From an uncultured Pseudomonadales bacterium (lineage in GTDB: Bacteria; Patescibacteriota; Microgenomatia; UBA1400; UBA12028): DNA of 64,000 nucleotides. Location of the stretch: assembly GCA_964509365.1 (NCBI GenBank), contig CAZDWN010000001.1:214966-278965 (forward strand). Direction: 5' to 3'. The translations under genes and the position numbers were made by a program. This document shows, in pieces, positions 20,411 to 31,600 of this stretch (positions within the stretch are counted from its first letter, which is position 1; each line of letters begins with the position of its first letter). The notes under the pieces were generated by a model. The model did not search any database and had not been told where the DNA came from. It saw only the letters and a program-made list of their open reading frames with translations.

Positions 20411-21964
20411 TTACTTTTGAAGAACTTTAAATATTCTCGCGCCGCCTTTATCGAAGACTTTTTCAAGATATGATTTTGATTCTGGATGATAGCCGTATTG
20501 CAACAGCGAATCATTATTACCCACGTAGATATACGTGATGGAGTTCTCACGTAAAAATGATTGTGATTTTTCATCGTCTTTCTCAAGTAGAAAAGAATTA
20601 ATTCGAGCTACTTTGTCTTCAAATGTAATGGTTTGTGCCTTGTGCCCGACATACACTCGTCGTCCCGAAGTCCCAGGAATCAGATTGCCATAAAACCAAT
20701 TGGAGAGAATCACATCGGTTGGCTGCGTGTGCTCTCGCAACCAAGTCAAACCTTCATATTCTTCCGTTGAAACAAAGTAATAATACGAGGCCTTGCTATC
20801 CTTCCCTATTGTTTGAAAATCGGTTATTACCAGTTGAACGGACCCCAGTAGTAAGAAGATGGTGATCGCGGCAATGCATGGAACTGCGAGGCGTACGCGA
20901 TAAGATTTGATGACACTGTACAGTTGAAAGAGACCCGCAGCTGCAAGTAGGCTGATTGGAATCGAAATTCCTTCACTCAGTCGTCGTTGAAAACCAACGG
21001 GCGCATACATCATCACGATTCCAATGCCACTCCACAAGAGAATGAGCTTGATACTCGCGCGCCTTGAAAGCAGCCAAGTGTTTGCGCCACTCAGTGCGAG
21101 TGGAATGAACATTCCAAATCCAGATAGGAATGCCATTGGTGACGGTGAGAGCGATACACCTTGCGCTTGTTCACTCGCAAACACTGGATTTACTCGCAAT
21201 TGGTAGAGCGGATAGGCGATGCCTATGACGGAGAAAAAACTCAACAAGAACGTAGGGGCCAACGCAGCGCTTGAGAGCAAGCCAGTAAAAAACAGCACCG
21301 GTCCCAAAATCATGAGGTCAAATGGATGATCAAATGCCAAGAGTGCACAGCAGATGAGTATGACAATCGGCAAGTGAGATCGTTTGGTCTTCAGAAAGCG
21401 TACGTAACAGTACAACACAGTGAGCATCAGCGCTTGTGAAAAAATAAAGTGTGGACTCTCAGCAAGTGACATGAACACATTTGATTCAGGGATCCACAAA
21501 TCAGAAGATTGATTGATAAATCTGCCGAGCAGCCATCCCAGTCCAGAGGAAGTCAAGACTAGGAGGAATGCACATACCCGTTGTTTTTCTCGCTGAAATA
21601 GTTCGCTGATAAACAAGTACAGGATAAAACAAAAGTAAAGCGAAGCGAGGACTCGAGCGAGTTGATACGACTGCAGTGATGAGGTATGCGTAAAACGCGC
21701 GAATGTGCCAATGGCTAGATATACAGGTCGAATAATGGTTGGAGATTGAGGTTCAGTCGTGTACAAGTTTTCAAAAATAAGTTTTCCCTGCCTTGATTGC
21801 TCAATAAAAGAGAGGTAGGTGTACATGTCTTGTGAGTTGATCACTCGACGACCCAGGAATGTGAGATCTAACTTCCCAACAAATGAGAAATAGAGTATCG
21901 GGGCGTTCACAAAGAGGATGACAAGTACAGCAACTAACGTGGCGATGAGGTGTTCTTTTTTCAT
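20411..21964 (-). CDS. polytopic membrane glycosyltransferase, GT-C fold, STT3/AglB/PglB-like (paralog B)
   Basis: Start taken at the internal Met (MKKEHLIATLVAVLV...) that forms an ATGA overlap with the upstream gene stop. About 11-13 predicted TM helices plus an approx. 120-aa C-terminal soluble domain containing SNWFYGNLIPGTSGRRVYVGH, which resembles the WWDYG...DGxxH region of oligosaccharyltransferases. Confidence 0.5.
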   Translation of the reverse strand: MKKEHLIATLVAVLVILFVNAPILYFSFVGKLDLTFLGRRVINSQDMYTYLSFIEQSRQGKLIFENLYTTEPQSPTIIRPVYLAIGTFARFTHTSSLQSYQLARVLASLYFCFILYLFISELFQREKQRVCAFLLVLTSSGLGWLLGRFINQSSDLWIPESNVFMSLAESPHFIFSQALMLTVLYCYVRFLKTKRSHLPIVILICCALLAFDHPFDLMILGPVLFFTGLLSSAALAPTFLLSFFSVIGIAYPLYQLRVNPVFASEQAQGVSLSPSPMAFLSGFGMFIPLALSGANTWLLSRRASIKLILLWSGIGIVMMYAPVGFQRRLSEGISIPISLLAAAGLFQLYSVIKSYRVRLAVPCIAAITIFLLLGSVQLVITDFQTIGKDSKASYYYFVSTEEYEGLTWLREHTQPTDVILSNWFYGNLIPGTSGRRVYVGHKAQTITFEDKVARINSFLLEKDDEKSQSFLRENSITYIYVGNNDSLLQYGYHPESKSYLEKVFDKGGARIFKVLQK

Positions 21965-23511
21965 TGCGGTTGTCCATTGATGTGTGGTTTTTGCGGAAGC
22001 GCCGTCGAGTCGCCATCTTTGATCGCAAACACCACGCGCTCGTCTTGATAGCTGACTTTCCAATTGCCTAGCGTTGTCCCAGTGAGGAGTTTGGTCGCCA
22101 GCTCCGAGTGAGCTGGAATGAACACCCAGTCAAAATTATATTTTAAGAAAATATCATCTCTGCCGTGATAATACATCTCGATGTAATCGCCAAATGGTTG
22201 ATATCCATCTTCTGTCTTCCAGACATGCATTCTGCCATCGATAAATAATTTGACGGGAACTCCTTTCCCTATCAAGTACCCTCCCCAATCATAAAATGTA
22301 AATCCTTTCCCATGCGGAGGATGCGTGAGGAGAAAATTGGCCCCATCGACGGGACAGTTCGCCGCAAAATCACAATACGCGACTTCATCATAGTGATACA
22401 GTCGCCCAGCGGTGAAGCGATCAAAAAAATGATATTGAATAAAAATTATGAGAAGAAGCAAGTATGCGACAGGAGTAATTCGATAGCGATCAAATTCCAA
22501 TTTGAGATACGTGAGCGACTCTGCGATGAGCGGCAATGTGACGATCGCAAACACAGGAAGCAGTCTCCTGGTGTCCCACGTTGGCATTGCAAAGAGTACA
22601 AATAAGACGACGCTTGGGAGCGCATATTCATTTTTCTTCCACACTGCGATTGCAGCACAGGCAGAAAAAAGGACTCCATATGCAACAAATGCATGAGGAT
22701 GACATGCCTGACATCCATCAGAAATGGGGTCCCACTCGAGAATATTTCGTAAATATGGATTGCTCGCGTGACGAAACGACTCAAAGTAAGCTTGATAGCC
22801 AAACGGATTGATGAGCGTTGCGATGAAGCATACCAGGAGTATTTTTGAACAAAAGAAAAACAAATCTGTCGAGAAATCGTGCTCTCTATACGCATCGATT
22901 AAAAAGTAACTTCCTAGATAGACAGCGAGTATTCCCATGCCGATAGTGAAATCACCATGAAAGTTTGTCCACAAGAGAAAAAGTCCTGGCAATATCCAGA
23001 GGAGTGTCAGTTTTTCCCTTGCCTTGATGAGGATCCAAATGAGGAGTGAGAAGAACAGAAGTGAAATGATTTGTGAGCGCATGCCGGAACCGATGACTAT
23101 CTCATTCATGAGTAAGAAGAATGCCGCGAGGATGCCTTTCTTCCAGAGGGAAAGACGAAATGCGGTCGCAACAAAATAAAATGTCAGTGCCGATACTACT
23201 GCGGCCAGAATGGATAAACCCGCATAACCCAACACGTTGGTCCACACATAAAACAGCGCATCATAAGCCCAAGAATGATTCGCCCACTTGTAGCCTGGTA
23301 ACGTCCAAGAGAAAATATCTTCGCGTAAGAGTTTCCCCGTTGTCAAAAAGTACTCTCCATATCGGTAGTGCCATCCTTGATCTCGATCTGCTTGTGGGTA
23401 GACTGAAGCAAGCAGCACAAGAACATACAGACTTGCATGAAAAAACCGATCTTTGTACAGTCCGTACGAGAGAAGCGCTGAGTAATACAACGAGCGAAAT
23501 GTAGTTGTCAT
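21961..23511 (-). CDS. polytopic membrane glycosyltransferase, GT-C fold, STT3/AglB/PglB-like (paralog A)
   Basis: 516 aa with many TM helices. Acidic first external loop (YPQADRDQGW...LLRED). C-terminal soluble domain with FTFYDWGGYLIGKGVPVKLFIDGRMH, which aligns to the PglB WWDYGYP....VK.L.DGGKH motif. Translationally coupled to paralog B. Confidence 0.5.
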   Translation of the reverse strand: MTTTFRSLYYSALLSYGLYKDRFFHASLYVLVLLASVYPQADRDQGWHYRYGEYFLTTGKLLREDIFSWTLPGYKWANHSWAYDALFYVWTNVLGYAGLSILAAVVSALTFYFVATAFRLSLWKKGILAAFFLLMNEIVIGSGMRSQIISLLFFSLLIWILIKAREKLTLLWILPGLFLLWTNFHGDFTIGMGILAVYLGSYFLIDAYREHDFSTDLFFFCSKILLVCFIATLINPFGYQAYFESFRHASNPYLRNILEWDPISDGCQACHPHAFVAYGVLFSACAAIAVWKKNEYALPSVVLFVLFAMPTWDTRRLLPVFAIVTLPLIAESLTYLKLEFDRYRITPVAYLLLLIIFIQYHFFDRFTAGRLYHYDEVAYCDFAANCPVDGANFLLTHPPHGKGFTFYDWGGYLIGKGVPVKLFIDGRMHVWKTEDGYQPFGDYIEMYYHGRDDIFLKYNFDWVFIPAHSELATKLLTGTTLGNWKVSYQDERVVFAIKDGDSTALPQKPHINGQPQ

Positions 23512-23532
23512 GACGAGCTTTCATTCTACAGG

Positions 23533-24783
23533 TCAAGCACTCACAACTTCTAGAGTCGGTAATGGAAAGATCATTACCCCGCCACTTTGAAGAAACTTGC
23601 GTTCTCGATGCAGAAACTCTTCCCGGAAATGCCAAGGTAAGACAAGGAGCACATCAGGTTTGTTCAGTCGAAGGTCACGATCGGACACAATTGGAATATG
23701 ACTCGCCACCGTGACTCTACCTACTTTCTCGGGATTACGATCGTATGCAGCGGCGATGACCGGAAATGACAGGCCGCAATATTGAAGCATCGTGTTCCCT
23801 TTGGTTGACGCTCCATACACTCCTATCTTCTTGCCAGCAGTAGCGTACGCATCAATGAGCGTGCGCAATTCCCGTCGCATCCGCCGCACTTTGCTGGCAA
23901 ACGCCTTGTACGTGCCCAATTTTGAAAGACCGAGTAGTCGTTCACTCTCCAATACAGCTCGAATTTTGGCGCTAGCTGCCTCACTCGGCTGTAATATCGA
24001 GTCATTTTTGACGGCAATCGTACGAATGCTTCCGCCGTTGACATCATTTTGGTCCACATCAATGAGTCGCATCCCACCTCGTTTCAACACCTCCATAAAT
24101 GTCGCGAGCGAGTAATAGGTCACATGTTCGTGACAAATATTTGGATAGTCGTTTTTCTCAAGCATTGACCCAAGATACGTCATTTGATTGACCCACATAC
24201 CATCTTGAGCGAGGCAGTCTACGACATCACTGACAAATGTGACCGGATCATCGAGATCATAGAACATTGCAAGGCTTGTGATCAGTGTAGCTGGAGGTTG
24301 ACCTACATATTTAGTATAGGCCTTTTTAGTAAAATATTCTGGGACGTTGACACTAGTATACAGAGACAAGTCCTTCTGAATATTGAGCGCCGGCTCAAAA
24401 CCCACTCGAGTAAGAAATTGAGGAAAAAAAGACAACAACGTCCCGTCATTTGCACCAATATCGACGATCACATCACCTGCTTTGAGTGTCATTCTCCTCT
24501 GGCAGTCGACCGCAACTTCTTTTAGTGCTCGTTTCATGCTTGCGTTCACACCTGACTTGTACCAATACTGCCGATACAGTATGTCTTGATCGACGCCCAT
24601 GGTACTCAGTTGCAAGAGCCCGCAACCGTGGCGAGGATCGCACAGGACGAGATGCAGCGGATACGTATCGGCCAACGTGTTTGTGATGGGAAAATCTGAC
24701 ACAGCCAAATCTCCGAGATCAAGAATGGAGTTGAGATGTGGTGAGCCGCACACACGACAGGAATGCAGTGATCGAGACGACAT
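23533..24783 (-). CDS. SAM-dependent C-methyltransferase family protein (sugar C-methyltransferase-like; zinc-ribbon N-terminus)
   Basis: 416 aa. N-terminal CxxC...C/H zinc-binding module (CRVCGSPHL...CDPRHGCG), class I SAM-MTase motif (VIVDIGANDGTLL) and a C-terminal domain typical of the TylC3/NovU-like C-methyltransferase family. Confidence 0.65.
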   Translation of the reverse strand: MSSRSLHSCRVCGSPHLNSILDLGDLAVSDFPITNTLADTYPLHLVLCDPRHGCGLLQLSTMGVDQDILYRQYWYKSGVNASMKRALKEVAVDCQRRMTLKAGDVIVDIGANDGTLLSFFPQFLTRVGFEPALNIQKDLSLYTSVNVPEYFTKKAYTKYVGQPPATLITSLAMFYDLDDPVTFVSDVVDCLAQDGMWVNQMTYLGSMLEKNDYPNICHEHVTYYSLATFMEVLKRGGMRLIDVDQNDVNGGSIRTIAVKNDSILQPSEAASAKIRAVLESERLLGLSKLGTYKAFASKVRRMRRELRTLIDAYATAGKKIGVYGASTKGNTMLQYCGLSFPVIAAAYDRNPEKVGRVTVASHIPIVSDRDLRLNKPDVLLVLPWHFREEFLHRERKFLQSGGVMIFPLPTLEVVSA

Positions 24784-24824
24784 GATTCCCAGATAGTATC
24801 AAGGAAGTGACGATACATCCAGGT

Positions 24825-25568
24825 TTAGATTCGTTTCATTGAATCAAGCCGATGTCGAATTGCGAATTGAAAAGAATCGAGGAGTTCTTTGATAGCCTTA
24901 GAGGCAACCATCTTCGATGTGCCCACTTGCCTATCCTGAAATCGTACCGGAAGTTCTCGAAATGAAGCGGTATGTTTTGAAAGTTCATACAACATTGCTG
25001 GAAAAAATGCGTATCCATTGGGAAGAGCACCAAAATTTATTTCATCGATAAGTCCATTGACTTTGATTGCGCGTCCCGCGCTCGTATGTTCATGGACGGC
25101 AGTCATTCCTGCAATCCATTCCGCAAGGATCGTATTCGCCACGAAGTGACCCACTCGTCGCGACAGGCTCGAACTATAAAATTCTGCCTCATTTACTCTG
25201 GAAGCTATGACGACGTCATTTTCCGAAAGGAGATCAATCATTGAGAGTATAGTTTCGGGTGGAAACACGAAATCTGATTCATAGGTAACAATTCCTTCAG
25301 CGTGCATATTTTCCATCGCATACGCATAGCCTCGCTTCATTGCTGCTCCGATTCCGGACTTATCCCCATATGATACAAAAAAATGTGGATATGTCCGAAC
25401 AAAAGAATCCAACACTGCTCGAGTGCCATCCTGAGAATTATCATCGACAATGAGTGTGGAAAAAGAAATGTTTGGACGCATCAAATAAATTTTCGAGTAC
25501 AGCAGTGGTACCAGCTTTTCCAAATTCACCTTTTCGTTGTAAGTCGGAATGAGAATTGTTACTTCCAT
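24825..25568 (-). CDS. GT2 polyprenol-phosphate sugar synthase (Dpm1/AglJ/ArnC-like)
   Basis: 247 aa. ILIPTYNE ... VDDNSQDGT ... acidic DxD-like pocket, typical of dolichyl/undecaprenyl-phosphate glycosyltransferases. Divergent from the LamG operon. Confidence 0.8.
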   Translation of the reverse strand: MEVTILIPTYNEKVNLEKLVPLLYSKIYLMRPNISFSTLIVDDNSQDGTRAVLDSFVRTYPHFFVSYGDKSGIGAAMKRGYAYAMENMHAEGIVTYESDFVFPPETILSMIDLLSENDVVIASRVNEAEFYSSSLSRRVGHFVANTILAEWIAGMTAVHEHTSAGRAIKVNGLIDEINFGALPNGYAFFPAMLYELSKHTASFRELPVRFQDRQVGTSKMVASKAIKELLDSFQFAIRHRLDSMKRI

Positions 25569-25668
25569 TTTTTCATTGTACTGCCAGCTCGCATATACGT
25601 CTATTCTTTGGGTACAAAAGACGGTGGAAAAGAGGCATACTAACTTGGAGAAATACTCTCAATTTTTT

Positions 25669-28600
25669 ATGCACTTTTTTACGTATCAGCGGCGTACAGG
25701 CCACAGGAAAAAATCCAACCGACGAGTCTTCATGTTGGCACTTACCGTTCCAATTGTTCTCGTGCTCCTCCCTGCTTTGTACTTCGGCCTCAAAAGAGCT
25801 TTTCCAGCCAAAGCTGCATGGATGGATAGCAATTGGCGGTATCGCAAGACTGTCGCGATCGTGAATAATGGCTCGACTCAGACGTCGTATCAAGTCATGG
25901 TACCAGTTGACACCTATACGTTGATCAACGCAGGAAAAATGAAATCAGATTGCAGTGACCTGCGGTTTGCGGATAGTGCTGGCTCGACAATGGGCTATTA
26001 TCTTGAGTACTGCGTCAATACCGCAAGCAGTGGAAACTCCGTAGTTTGGGTGACCGTACCGTCGATCACTGGTTCTGCGACGACCAATGTCTACATGTAC
26101 TATGGCAATGGGAGCGCCTCTGCAGTCAGTGCATTTACTTCTGCACCGACTGGCATTGACATCGGCAGTGGCGCAGATGGAAATATCGCGATTGCAGCGG
26201 ATACAAATATCAATACGGCTGATTCCATCAACACTGGTACTGCCCGCGCATGCAGCGATACTACTGGCGGTGACGCTGTCATTTACACGACAGGAGTGAA
26301 TGCTGTCGCTGGCAACACGTCAGTGAATGTCGCGACTGCTGTGAGTTCGAGTTGCTTAAACTCCGGCGACGAAGTCATTATCATCGTTCTCTCTGGTGCC
26401 AATTCAGGGAAATTCGAATTCAATCGCGTCACCTCCACTCCGAGTGGCAATATGATTTCTCTCAGTCATGCGCTCGTTAATTCATACAATGGCGCCGCAG
26501 AAAAAGTTGTGGTCCAGCGCGTACCCAATTATGCAAACGTCACAACCAGTGGCACTGCAAACTTTACTCCCTCCGCATGGAACGGTACATCTGGTGGTGT
26601 GATGATGTTTCGAGCCAGTGGAAATGTCGTCGTCGCCGCGAGCACTGCTATTCATTCAAATTTCTTGGGAAGCAATGGTGGGACGTTTGGAAATGCTGGA
26701 TCTGGAGGAGCGGCCGGCGGTAGCGGCGGCACAGCTGGAACAAGCGGAAGTAGTGGCGTCACTGGAAGTGGCAATGGCGGAGGTGTCTTGGCTACTGCAC
26801 CTGGCACTGGAGGAAATGGTGGAGCGAACGGATCGAACACAGCATCTCTAGGAAACATCCCAGGTGGTGGTGGAGGCGGAGGAGGTGGTGGTGGTGGAGG
26901 CGGTGCCTACGGCACAGCCGCGACTGGAGGCACCGCCGGAAGTGCCGGAGGAAATGCAGGAAACGGAACCTCCACTGCTTCGTATGCTGGCGCGAAAGGA
27001 AATGCTGGCCAGGCAGGAGCCGCAGGCTCTACCTATGGGAACACGAACTTCACGACTTCAAATGCGAATCTGTATTTAGGTTCTGGCGGAGGAAGTGGCT
27101 CTGGAGGAGGAGGAGGTGGTGGTGCTGATTTATTCTTGGCTGCCACCGGTGGAACCGGAGCCAATGGTGGCCGCGGTGGCGAAGGTGGCAATGGTGGCGG
27201 CATCGTTGGAATTTTTGCAAACGCGATTATCAATAATGGCAATATTGGCTCGAATGGACAAAACGCAGCTGCCAGTAATGGAGGAAATGCCGGTGTCGCC
27301 GGATCAGGTAACTCAGCTGGCGGCGGTGGTGGTGGAGGCGGTGGTGGTGGAGGCGGTGGTGGCTCAGGAGGCTCAATTTGGCTGTCCGCAAATAGCGTCA
27401 CGCTTGGGACCTCAAAAGTTGTTGCCAACGGAGGCACTGCTGGCGTCGGTGGCGGCGCGGGAGCTGGTGGAACTTGTGGCAGTGGTGCGAATGATGGTGG
27501 TGGTGGCGGTGGAGGTGGAAATACTGGTGGTGCCGGAGGTACTACGAGCTGTCTCAATGCTGGGACAGCGGGAACAACTGCGGCAAGTTCAGGAAATGGT
27601 GGTAGTGGTGGTCAAGGTCGCATCTTCCAGCAATACAACTCAAATTCAGGGACGACCTCCCCCGCCGCTTCTGGCGTCCAGCTGCCGGTCGCAGCAGCTC
27701 CGACGAGTGAGGAATCTGTCACAAGCTCAGCAAATGTCGAAGCCGTAAACTGGAAATTTGATGAAGGATATGGGACGACTACGGCCGACTCTATGTCAAA
27801 TGCGACGACAGCGACTCTTGCAGGAGCTGCCTTGCCGACTTGGGCAACGGAAGACCAATGTATCTCTGGAAAATGTCTGTATTTCGGAGGCGTCTCCTCA
27901 AAACTGACGGTCGCTAATCCCATTTTGGTGAGTAGTATCTCGTTTTGGATTCGCCCGATTACCACTGCTTCATCAGCGTTCTTTGATTTTGGAGGTGGCA
28001 CAGTCACGATAAAAAGTGACGCTTCAAGCAACTTGACCACCACTGGGTTTACCGGCGCCACCATGTATCTCAATGGCGCAGCATGTACTACCTGTACTCT
28101 TGTCGCGAACCGTTGGCAACACATTGCGGTGATTAGTACTGCAGCGATCACCAGTACAAGCAGTATGACTGTCGCCACCGCGACTCAGTTTTACAAAGGC
28201 TACATGGATGAAGTACGTATCTACTCGTCGACAGTGACCGCTTCACAGATTCTCTCAGAGTACACTAGTCGAGGAAGTATCAACGGGACTTCCGTGCAAA
28301 CTGGCCAGGCATCCCAAGCATTTTTGAGCGATGGTCTTGCTGCGTATTGGAAACTCGAAGAGTCCTCGACCAGCTCAGCTGATAGTACAAATAACGGTAT
28401 GACTGGCACTTGGAATGGTGCCCCTGCCGTCGCAACCGGAAAATTTGGGAAAGCGATCTCCTTTAGCGGGACACCCACTGCCTATGTCAACGTGCTTGAT
28501 AATACGATCCTTGATCCAAGCTATATTACTATTGCTGCTTGGATTAACCCTACGAGCGGGACAGATCGACTCCTCGTCGCCAAGGATGTAAGTTACACAT

Positions 28601-31600
28601 TTGGGATCAATAGCTCTGGATTTTTAAGTTGTGAGATTTACAATGGCTCGGGCTACCTCCCTTCTGCAGTGAGCACCGTGGCTGTCTCGACCGGTACCTG
28701 GCAACATGTCGCCTGTACTTTTGATGGGACAACTACCGCAGTGTATCTCAATGGACAGTTGGTTGGTTCAATCACCACAAGCCCACCAAAAACGGTAAAC
28801 AACGGCTCAAATTCTCTCCGGCTTGGTCATCACGTCGCGGGTACATACGGGGACTACAATGGCAAACTTGACGAGGTTCGTATATACAACCGAGCCTTAC
28901 CCATCAATGAATTGCGTCAATTATATTCCTGGGCTCCAGGGCCGGTTGGCTACTGGCCGTTTGACGAAAATACAGGCCAAATTGCCAATGATCTGAGTGG
29001 CAATGATTGGTCTGGAGACCTTGGCACGACAACTGGTGTCGATACGACAGATCCAGCCTGGGATACTGGGAAGTATGGCTCGGCACTACGATTTACGACG
29101 AGTGCCGACACCTCGGTAAACATTGGAGATGACGATGCGCTCGACGCAGATGCAAACTCGAGTATGTCTTTTGGGCTTTGGGTGAAAGTAACTGGCGTTT
29201 CTTCGTTCAATAATGACACAATCCTCATGGACAAGGAAAATATTGGCGCAGATGCGGGATTTACTTTGGCAATTGGAAATGACTCTTGCGGATCTTTTGG
29301 CCAGATTTGTGTCACCTTGTGGGATGCAGGAGCGGCGATCACCTATTCGATGCACACGACGACTACCGTACCTGATTCAAACTGGCATCATATCGCTTTC
29401 GTCTTTGATCGAACTAGTGAGACGAACACGAATATCTACCTTGATGGAGTCGTCCAGCCGGTTACTCGAACTGGTACATTTGCCAGTCTGGGAAGTCTTG
29501 CGACGACCGATGTACTCTGCGTCGGGATTGAGTCATCAGGCTCAAACTGCGGAGGACTTCATGAACTGACAGGTTCTGTCGACGATATCAAATTTTACAA
29601 TTATCCTCGGACGCAATCGCAAATCATTGAAGACATCAACGGCGGACATCCGATTGGAGGCTCCCCGGTTGCATCACAGCTTATTTATTGGAATTTCGAT
29701 GAACAATCCGGTGCAGGTACGAGCAACAAAGGGTTTGGAGGCACGACGTACAATGGGACCGCCAACGGACCGCAATGGTCAGGTATCTCCAGATCAGTAT
29801 GTAAAGTAAATGGCTGTCTGAAGTTTGTAAGCGGGACAGATTACGTCAGCGTGGCCGATGCAAACTTAGCCTCACTTGATAGTCTGGCTGGCTTTGGCGT
29901 GTCCTTTTGGATAAATCCGCAGACGATGGGCACTGATAAATCGATTCTTTCAAAAAACGATTCAGCGCAGAGAAGTTTCGCTATCGTCACCGATTCGTCA
30001 GATAACACCAAGCTACGTGTCCATATCGCTGCAAGCACTGCTGAAGCAGCAAATACGACCTACTGCACGACAGATTCCGGAGCATTGACGACGAGTGTTT
30101 GGCAGCACTTCACGATTTCCTATGATGGCTCACAATCGACTGCAGCAAATCGAGTGAAAGTCTATAAGAATGGGAGTCAAATAAATTGCTCCATGACGGG
30201 CACATTCCCTACTGCAATGACTTCGGGAAGCACCTCAGATTTGCGAGTTGGTGACGATGTTTCAGCGACATACACCGCCTTATTGGCTTTGATTGATGAG
30301 GTCAAAGTATACAATGCAGCCATATCTGCAGACCAGGCAAAACTTGAAGCAAACTACGGATCTGCTGCCGCCTACTCTACAGGCAATGACGAAGTCACGC
30401 AGATCACAGGAACTGCCGAGACTCCACCAGTCGGCTACTGGCCGTTTGATGACAACACCGGGACCACTGCCTATGACCGCAGCGGCAACAGTAATGATGG
30501 GACCTTAACAAGTTTTGTCAGTAATATCTGGGTACCAGGCAAAGTTGGCTCGAGTCTCAATTTTGATGGCGTCGATAGTCGCGTGACCATTTCCAATTCA
30601 TCGACTTTAGGAGATTTGCCAAGCAGCGGAATGACCTTATCCGCTTGGGTATATCCTCGCTCGACCGGTGAATCTGCTGGAGGTCGTATCGTATCCAAAG
30701 ACGACACCGGACCTGCTAATGGCTGGCAATGGCTGATTGAGAGTACCTCAAAGATGGAGTTTCAAGCAGATTTTACGGGTGGGACCAATACTGACCTTGA
30801 TGTGAAGACGACGGGGACACTCACACTCAATACCTGGCAACATATCGCCCTCACCTGGGATGGCTCAGCAAACGCATCAAATGTGCACATTTACATAAAC
30901 GGTGTTGAGCAAACCCATAGTACCAACACGAGTGGAGACTCAACCAGAGTCTCTGATGTGACAAAAAACTTCATGATTGGCAATGGCCAGACAGGGACAC
31001 GTACGTTTGATGGAATGATCGATGATGTCCGCGCATACAACTATGTACGGACAGCGACTCAAATTGCCTATGATTACAATCGAGGTGGTCCTACCCGATG
31101 GTACAAATTCGATGATAACGTTTCGGGAAATACTCAAACGCTCAAGGATGCGTCAGGCAATACTCTGAATGCCACTACTCATTATGGTGCAAACACGACT
31201 GGCATGGACTGCACCGCAGAGGCGAAGTTCAATAAAGGTTGTTCTCTTGACGGAGTTGATGACTATATCGATATGGCCAACACAGGTTTCCCCACTGGAG
31301 ATTTTACCTTCTCAGTGTGGATAAACCCGACAGCGACAGCGAGTTTCCCTGTTGTATATTTACCGAATGGTAGCGGCAGCTACGTCTTTGAAATACTAAC
31401 TATTAACAGCACAAATAAAATGGAACTGTCACTCAATGCAAGCGGAGTCGTTCTGGACACAAACCAGACAATTACTCCTGGTGCATGGAACCACGTCGTC
31501 TTTACTCGTTCTGGAAGCTCCATAAAAGCGTACATAAACGGAAAGCTCGACTCTGTGACTGCGACATATGGGACTGCCATGACACTAGGAAGTTGTAACA

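Noticed and set aside
25549-25668. 5' extension of the LamG paralog-1 ORF (MRIVTSIFSLYCQ...)
   Set aside because: It overlaps the divergent GT2 gene start. The paralogs show the true N-terminus is the basic stretch plus signal anchor, so the start was trimmed to the ATG at 25669. The same logic trimmed 31739-31774.
27033-27557. 174-aa Pro-rich ORF (PPPPPPPPP...) on the minus strand; others at 26652-26858
   Set aside because: Antisense of the GGN-repeat glycine-rich insertion of LamG paralog 1.
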